A DNA stretch of 64,000 nt from NCBI GenBank assembly GCA_002723415.1, contig PBOA01000027.1:38278-102277 (forward strand), written 5' to 3'. Below are positions 58,996-64,000 of this stretch, one piece after another. This DNA comes from Chloroflexota bacterium. Lineage in GTDB: Bacteria > Chloroflexota > Dehalococcoidia > Lucifugimonadales > GCA-002723415. A program made the position numbers and the translations under genes. Positions within the stretch are counted from its first letter, which is position 1, and each line of letters opens with the position of its first letter. The notes under the pieces are model-generated. The model made no database searches, was not told the DNA's origin, and saw only the letters and a program-made list of their open reading frames with translations.

Positions 58996-59979
58996 TTATT
59001 TGTTTATATTAAATATTTGATCTAATTGAATATTAGATCTAAACAGCTCTAAATATCTATCTAATTTTAATGAGTGGTTAAAAAATGTATTTTTGTTTAA
59101 ACCATTTAGTTTATCTATAGTTTCTAATGTGTCAGTTTCTGTTACTATAATTGGAACTTGTTCTAAATCTGCCTCATTTTGGATGTATTCTATAGGTTTT
59201 ATATTGTTTGTTAAGATTATGCATGAGCAATTAGAATTTAATGCAGACATTTGAATATCTGGCCTGTCTCCTCTAACAATAATGCATTTATTTTTATAGT
59301 GGTTGAAATGGTATTCAGCAGGGTCCATACCCATGCCTCCAATTAAAAAATTTTCGACCAAGAATTTTTCACCATCATATTGATTTACTATTTCTCCTTT
59401 AATAAATTGAGCTATTTGATCTGGTGTGATAGCAAGTAAAAGCTTGTCTTCTGGTATATAGCCTAAACATGTTATTTTTGAAGAGTTTAATTTAGGGATA
59501 ATTTTTGTTTCTACCTGGTGAGTAGCAAATTTATATGTTTGATTAATTACAAATAAGATGTTTCCTTTAAAATTGTTATGATATTTAGCAAAATATTTCT
59601 CATTTAATTGAGGATTATATTTTGCAAGGAAGATTATAGTTGCATTTATTTTATGTAATATAAGATTAATATTCTCTATGGATATAGAATTATTTCCATC
59701 AATTAATAAAAAATCTATGTTATTTTTTATTAATTGATTATATGAATCTACTACATTTTTAATATCAAATTTATTATTAGTTATAACAGTATATTTTCCA
59801 GAATAATCATTTTCTTTTTTACCTAGAAGTTTATGATATACCGATTCATCATATTTATTACATAAAGGATTTAATATTCCTATATTTAGTCCTTTAGTTA
59901 GTAAATGATGAGCTAGAGTAATTGTGAAAGAAGTTTTACCTTCTTGTTTATTTTCAGATGTTAAATAAATAGTTTGCAT
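58996..59979 (-). CDS. Phosphotransacetylase-N-terminal-like protein (dethiobiotin-synthetase-like P-loop domain plus DRTGG domain)
   Basis: N-terminal EGKTSFT P-loop-like segment and C-terminal CIIVRGDRPDIQMSAL ... CIILTNN ... VPIIVTETDT, matching the DRTGG domain layout. 327 aa. Confidence 0.6.
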   Translation of the reverse strand: MQTIYLTSENKQEGKTSFTITLAHHLLTKGLNIGILNPLCNKYDESVYHKLLGKKENDYSGKYTVITNNKFDIKNVVDSYNQLIKNNIDFLLIDGNNSISIENINLILHKINATIIFLAKYNPQLNEKYFAKYHNNFKGNILFVINQTYKFATHQVETKIIPKLNSSKITCLGYIPEDKLLLAITPDQIAQFIKGEIVNQYDGEKFLVENFLIGGMGMDPAEYHFNHYKNKCIIVRGDRPDIQMSALNSNCSCIILTNNIKPIEYIQNEADLEQVPIIVTETDTLETIDKLNGLNKNTFFNHSLKLDRYLELFRSNIQLDQIFNINK

Positions 59980-60092
59980 TTTAAAATTTATTGTTAGTTA
60001 AATTGAAAAGTCATTTTAGTATATCAGAGACTTATGTATTGCGCATTTGAGTTACTACTATAATTTATATATTTTACGTTATAATAATATTA

Positions 60093-60524
60093 ATGCTCAA
60101 TAAAAAAATAATTAATACCATTTCTAAATCTAAATATAGCTTGTTTATAGTTGGATATATTTTTATTTATTTGTTATCTTGTTCGAATTATGCGGAAGAT
60201 AGTTTGACTAATAGAATTGTAGATTTAAATAAAAACATAATGTGTCCAGTTTGCCCAGGTGAAACTATAGATCAGTCTCAAAATATTTTAGCTGTACAAA
60301 TGAGAAATATAGTTCAAGAAAAGGTTGATCAAGGCTGGTCTGATGAGCAGATTAGAAATTTTTTTATTGAAAGATATGGGGCTAGTGTTATTTCTACACC
60401 GCCAAAATCAGGGATCGATTTATTTGTATGGATTTTACCTCCAGTAGTATTGACTATTACAATAGTAGGGTTATATTTTTTTTTAAAAAATATTAAAAAT
60501 AAGGAAAATATAGAGGATAATTAA
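60093..60524 (+). CDS. ccmH: Cytochrome c-type biogenesis protein CcmH
   Basis: Redox motif and flank NIMCPVCPGETIDQSQNILAVQMRNIV, then RYGASVI and a C-terminal TM helix. The N-terminal signal or lipobox-like segment reads LLSCS. Confidence 0.85.
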   Translation: MLNKKIINTISKSKYSLFIVGYIFIYLLSCSNYAEDSLTNRIVDLNKNIMCPVCPGETIDQSQNILAVQMRNIVQEKVDQGWSDEQIRNFFIERYGASVISTPPKSGIDLFVWILPPVVLTITIVGLYFFLKNIKNKENIEDN

Positions 60525-60548
60525 TAATATTATGAATATGGGATTTAT

Positions 60549-62513
60549 ATGGTAGAAACAGGGAATATTTCAATATTAATTGCATTAATAATTAGTATCT
60601 ATAGTAGTGTGATTTCATTATTAGGTGCAAAATTCAAGTCATCTGAGCTAATGATAAGTTCAAGATATGGATTGTATACTGTTCCATTCATTTTATTATT
60701 TTCAATTGTTTCAATAATTTATGCCTTTGTGACTCATGATTTTTCGGTTCAATATGTATATGAAAATAGCAATCTTTCTATGCCATCTTCTTATACTTGG
60801 GTAGCATTATATGCAGGTAATGCGGGTTCGTTATTATTTATAACTTTTTTGTTGTCCGTGTTATCGGTGTTTGGAGTTATAAGTATAAGGAATAAATTGA
60901 AATACGCTTTGCCTTATACAGTAGGCATTTTAAGCATATTGTTGACTTTTTTTATATTTGTGATTTTTGTTTTTGCTAATCCTTTTGATAGATTAGAAAT
61001 GGTTCCTCTAGACGGGTTAGGTATGAATCCCTTATTGGTACATTTTGGAATGTTTATACACCCGCCTGTTCAAATGACTGGGTTAATATCAGTTGCAATT
61101 CCTTTTGCAATAATTCTAGGTGTTGTTTTATCAGGTAAAGGGACAGATGATCGTTGGGTTGATATTGGCAGGATTTGGGGGATGATTTCTTGGATAATGT
61201 TAACAATTGGATTGATGTTAGGTTCGTGGTGGGCTTATACTATTTTAGGTTGGGGAGGGTATTGGGCATGGGATCCTGTTGAAAATTCAGGTTTAATGCC
61301 TTGGCTTGCAATGACTGCATTTATACATTCAATTATGGTTCAAAAATACCGTGGAATGTTTAGGATGTGGAATGTTATCTTAGTAGTTATAGGATTTACT
61401 CTAGCGCAATTAGGTATGTTTATTAACCGAGGTGGGCCAGTTCCATCAGTACATTCTTTTGCAGCATCAACATTAGGTTGGCTTTTCCTTTTTTTTATGA
61501 TTGCTACATTGTTTTTATCTATATGTGTAATTTTTTTCTTTAGAAAGCAATTACACAGTGATAGGAAATTAGATGCGATTATATCAAAGGAGAGTGTGTT
61601 TCTTAGTCAAAATGTATTGTTTTTATTAATTGCATTTTTTACTCTTTGGGGAACAATATATCCGGTGTTTTCTGAATCTGTAAGTGGTGAAACTGTAACA
61701 GTAGGAAAACCTTATTTTGATCTAGTCAATGGTCCTCTATTTTTAGTGATAATATTTCTTATGGCTATTGGCCCAATAATTCCATGGCGTAAAGCTAGTT
61801 TTAATCAATTAACTAATGTATTAAAACTTCCTAGTTTTGGGTTTGTAATTTGTATATTGTTTCTATTTATATTACGAATAAGAAATCCTTTAGCACTGAT
61901 TGGATTTTCTATATGTTCTCTAGTAATAATAAATTTACTACAAGAATGGATTCGTGGAGTTAGGCTTCGTCACAGAGGAGGAGATCAATATATTGTTGCT
62001 TTCTTTAAATTGTTATGGGCAAATCGACCTAGATACGGAGGATATATTGTTCATATAGGGATAGTAATGTTTTCTGTAGGAGTGATTGGGTCTTCTTTTT
62101 ATAGCTCTCAGAAGGATTTTTCTATGAGTCCTGGTGATACAAATATTTTCGGAGGGTATAATTTTAAATATATTAATTATACTAATGAAGATTATGATGA
62201 TAGAACTGAATCAATTGCATATTTCCAGGTTGAATCTAAAGATAAATCAATAGGTGTTTTAACACCATTTAGAGCACTTTACCCTCAGTTTCGTATAGCA
62301 GCTACAAGGGGAGCAATTAATAGTACTCCTAAAGAAGATTTTTATATTGTTCCATCACAGTTTGAAGATGATGGCTCAGGAGTCTTTAGAGTATTGATAA
62401 ATCCAATGGTATGGTGGATGTGGGTGTCTGCTCCAGTAATTATATTTGGTACATTGTTTAGCTTATTTCCATATAGGAGAAAAGCTAAAAATTCAGTTCA
62501 ATTTATGGAATAA
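60549..62513 (+). CDS. ccmF: Cytochrome c heme lyase subunit CcmF
   Basis: WWD domain WGGYWAWDPVEN with flanking conserved His-containing helices. About 15 TM helices, 654 aa. Confidence 0.93.
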   Translation: MVETGNISILIALIISIYSSVISLLGAKFKSSELMISSRYGLYTVPFILLFSIVSIIYAFVTHDFSVQYVYENSNLSMPSSYTWVALYAGNAGSLLFITFLLSVLSVFGVISIRNKLKYALPYTVGILSILLTFFIFVIFVFANPFDRLEMVPLDGLGMNPLLVHFGMFIHPPVQMTGLISVAIPFAIILGVVLSGKGTDDRWVDIGRIWGMISWIMLTIGLMLGSWWAYTILGWGGYWAWDPVENSGLMPWLAMTAFIHSIMVQKYRGMFRMWNVILVVIGFTLAQLGMFINRGGPVPSVHSFAASTLGWLFLFFMIATLFLSICVIFFFRKQLHSDRKLDAIISKESVFLSQNVLFLLIAFFTLWGTIYPVFSESVSGETVTVGKPYFDLVNGPLFLVIIFLMAIGPIIPWRKASFNQLTNVLKLPSFGFVICILFLFILRIRNPLALIGFSICSLVIINLLQEWIRGVRLRHRGGDQYIVAFFKLLWANRPRYGGYIVHIGIVMFSVGVIGSSFYSSQKDFSMSPGDTNIFGGYNFKYINYTNEDYDDRTESIAYFQVESKDKSIGVLTPFRALYPQFRIAATRGAINSTPKEDFYIVPSQFEDDGSGVFRVLINPMVWWMWVSAPVIIFGTLFSLFPYRRKAKNSVQFME

Positions 62514-62533
62514 AGTTGTTAAGGAGGGTTTAA

Positions 62534-62812
62534 ATGGTAATTATACTATCTGTAATTATTGCATTGATACCTGCAGCAGCTATTTTTTATCCGTTAATTT
62601 ATTCTAAAAAAGAAAAAGATAATTTAGCTAATGTACAAGATGTAAATAATATTGCAAAAGGCAATTTAGAACGTATTTCACAGGGAATTGAAATAGCAGA
62701 TTTTGATTATTCGATTGGTAATTTAAGTCAAAAAGACTATATCTGGCTTAAAGACAAATATAATTCTGAAGCTGATGAAATTATGGATTCAACAGATGAT
62801 AAGAAAAAATAA
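62534..62812 (+). CDS. Hypothetical single-pass membrane protein (92 aa) downstream of ccmF
   Basis: N-terminal helix VIILSVIIALIPAAAIFYPLIY followed by a charged tail. AAGGAGGG Shine-Dalgarno upstream. It sits 20 nt after ccmF. Confidence 0.5.
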   Translation: MVIILSVIIALIPAAAIFYPLIYSKKEKDNLANVQDVNNIAKGNLERISQGIEIADFDYSIGNLSQKDYIWLKDKYNSEADEIMDSTDDKKK

Positions 62813-63824
62813 TATCTATATTCTAGAATATCTGTTATTAATTGTATTTGTATTTTTATTATGTAATTTGTTTGCATTTAAAATTTATGCAGATTCTGAA
62901 TCAAATATTTCTGGAAAAGTCACTAATCAAACAATGAATGGAAGTAATGTAGAAGGTGTGGAAATATTTTTACATATAAGTGATTTATCTGGTGAAATTC
63001 TAGAGACTCAAAAAACTTTAAGTGATGAAGAAGGTAAATTCAGTTTCAAGCATCAAGTAATAAGCTCAGAAAGCACAATGTATTCCATTTTTGTTGAATA
63101 TCAAGGAGTAATTTATAGTAACATTATTCAGCTGGAAGATATTAATGACATTAATATCTTTGTATATGATTCAGTTACTGATGACTCTATAATTAGTATT
63201 TCTAGTAATTCTATTTTGTTTTCTGATGTAGATTTAATTTCAAAGAAAATATCTATTTTAGAAATGGTTAATATATCTAATTCTTCAGATTTAACTTATA
63301 CTCCAAATGATAATCCAATGAGTCTTATTAGATTTAGTTTGCCTAATTCTTGGGAGAATTTGCAAGTAGATTCTAATTTATTACAGGCTCAAGTTTTACA
63401 AGTTAATTTGGGTTTTTCTTTATTGACTAATATTCCTCCTGGAGTACATGAAATTTTATATAGTTATGAAATTTCATATGAGGATAGTGATTACATATTT
63501 AATAGATCTATACCATATGGCATTGATTCTCTAAAGATTTTCATTTTACCAGAATTTATGAAAGTTGATGGTACTTCACTTGGGGCACCTGAAATAATTG
63601 AATTCAACAAAAAGGAATATAGTATTTTTGAAGTTAAAAGCTTAGAAAAGGGGTCTGATTTTCAATACAAACTTACAGATTTACCCATTGCCAGTTTTAT
63701 AGATAATTTGAAAAATGATTTTAGTAATATTCGCTTTGAATATATGTCGTCGGTAATTTTAATTTTGTTATTAGTTACTGCTCCTTTATATGTATTGATA
63801 AATAAAAAGAAGCAGCAACTATAA
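62775..63824 (+). CDS. Hypothetical exported protein with a carboxypeptidase-regulatory-like (prealbumin-like) N-terminal domain and a C-terminal TM anchor
   Basis: Signal-like helix ILEYLLLIVFVFLLCNLFAF, then ISGKVTNQTMNGSNVEGVEIFLH ... LSDEEGKFSF (CarbopepD_reg-like pattern), and a C-terminal helix VILILLLVTAPLYVLI. It overlaps the preceding ORF by 38 nt. Confidence 0.5.
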   Translation: MKLWIQQMIRKNNIYILEYLLLIVFVFLLCNLFAFKIYADSESNISGKVTNQTMNGSNVEGVEIFLHISDLSGEILETQKTLSDEEGKFSFKHQVISSESTMYSIFVEYQGVIYSNIIQLEDINDINIFVYDSVTDDSIISISSNSILFSDVDLISKKISILEMVNISNSSDLTYTPNDNPMSLIRFSLPNSWENLQVDSNLLQAQVLQVNLGFSLLTNIPPGVHEILYSYEISYEDSDYIFNRSIPYGIDSLKIFILPEFMKVDGTSLGAPEIIEFNKKEYSIFEVKSLEKGSDFQYKLTDLPIASFIDNLKNDFSNIRFEYMSSVILILLLVTAPLYVLINKKKQQL

Positions 63825-63834
63825 TTAATAAATT

Positions 63835-64000
63835 TTATTCTTTTGATCGTAGTAGACTTACGCCTAATGAGGCAAAAGAAAGAGTGACACCTATGAATCC
63901 TATGCCTATTAATTGGTTTTCATAATCAATTAAGCACATTATCAAAGTAAATATACCGCTAATAGCTATTAAGCCTGCAATTATTGGACTAAAGTTCTTT
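63835..64000 (-). CDS. Partial CDS (C-terminal about 54 aa) of a membrane protein whose start lies beyond the window end
   Basis: The minus-strand frame is open from 63999 down to the TAA at 63835..63837. The translation ...SPIIAGLIAISGIFTLIMCLIDYENQLIGIGFIGVTLSFASLGVSLLRSKE is hydrophobic. Confidence 0.35.
   Translation of the reverse strand, partial: KNFSPIIAGLIAISGIFTLIMCLIDYENQLIGIGFIGVTLSFASLGVSLLRSKE

Noticed and set aside
1-64000. Looked for CRISPR arrays, IS elements, transposases, integrases, phage genes, toxin-antitoxin pairs, restriction-modification or other defence genes, and rRNA/tRNA genes.
   Set aside because: I could find no direct-repeat arrays, terminal inverted repeats flanking ORFs, recombinase-like translations or GC-rich tRNA-sized islands by eye. 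A proper tRNAscan or Infernal run would be needed to exclude small RNAs formally.

Overview
Very AT-rich, very gene-dense bacterial chromosomal window. About 65 protein-coding genes, short intergenic gaps, and many TTG/GTG starts. By eye I found no rRNA, tRNA, CRISPR array, transposase, integrase or prophage genes. Most of the content is housekeeping: gyrA; an hspR-grpE-dnaK heat-shock operon with a recognisable HAIR operator; ilvD, rsmG, tig-clpP-clpX, purN, lysA, yebC-ruvC-ruvA, uvrB. Alongside sit redox and acyl-CoA metabolism genes: a two-subunit 2-oxoacid:ferredoxin oxidoreductase, ferredoxin-type sulfite/nitrite reductase, a hotdog hydratase pair, a crotonase and a paired acyl-CoA dehydrogenase. 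A System I cytochrome c maturation machinery is scattered over four loci: ccmCDE, ccmAB, ccdA and ccmHF. Phylum cannot be established from the sequence alone. The gene mix (HspR/HAIR, DUF1501, NHL, OFOR, many acyl-CoA enzymes, extreme streamlining) resembles marine Chloroflexota-like or similar streamlined lineages; this is inference only. The best candidates for undescribed biology are: (1) a zinc-ribbon DUF2339-like giant polytopic membrane protein paired with a DUF3999-like exported protein that has two discoidin-like domains (13.9-17.5 kb); (2) a variant System I with a Cys-type (CxxxY) CcmE and an alternative CcmD that nevertheless keeps CcmH, plus two uncharacterised membrane proteins attached to ccmF (62.5-63.8 kb); (3) a GC-rich, alternatively pairing structured element in the largest intergenic gap, upstream of a CaCA cation antiporter (26.8 kb); (4) several apparent pseudo-enzymes or variants: a GATase lacking Cys and His, an Mrp/ApbC lacking CxxC, an ACAD partner lacking any catalytic Glu, and an orphan three-Cys LarE. 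All family assignments come from reading the translations, not from database searches.
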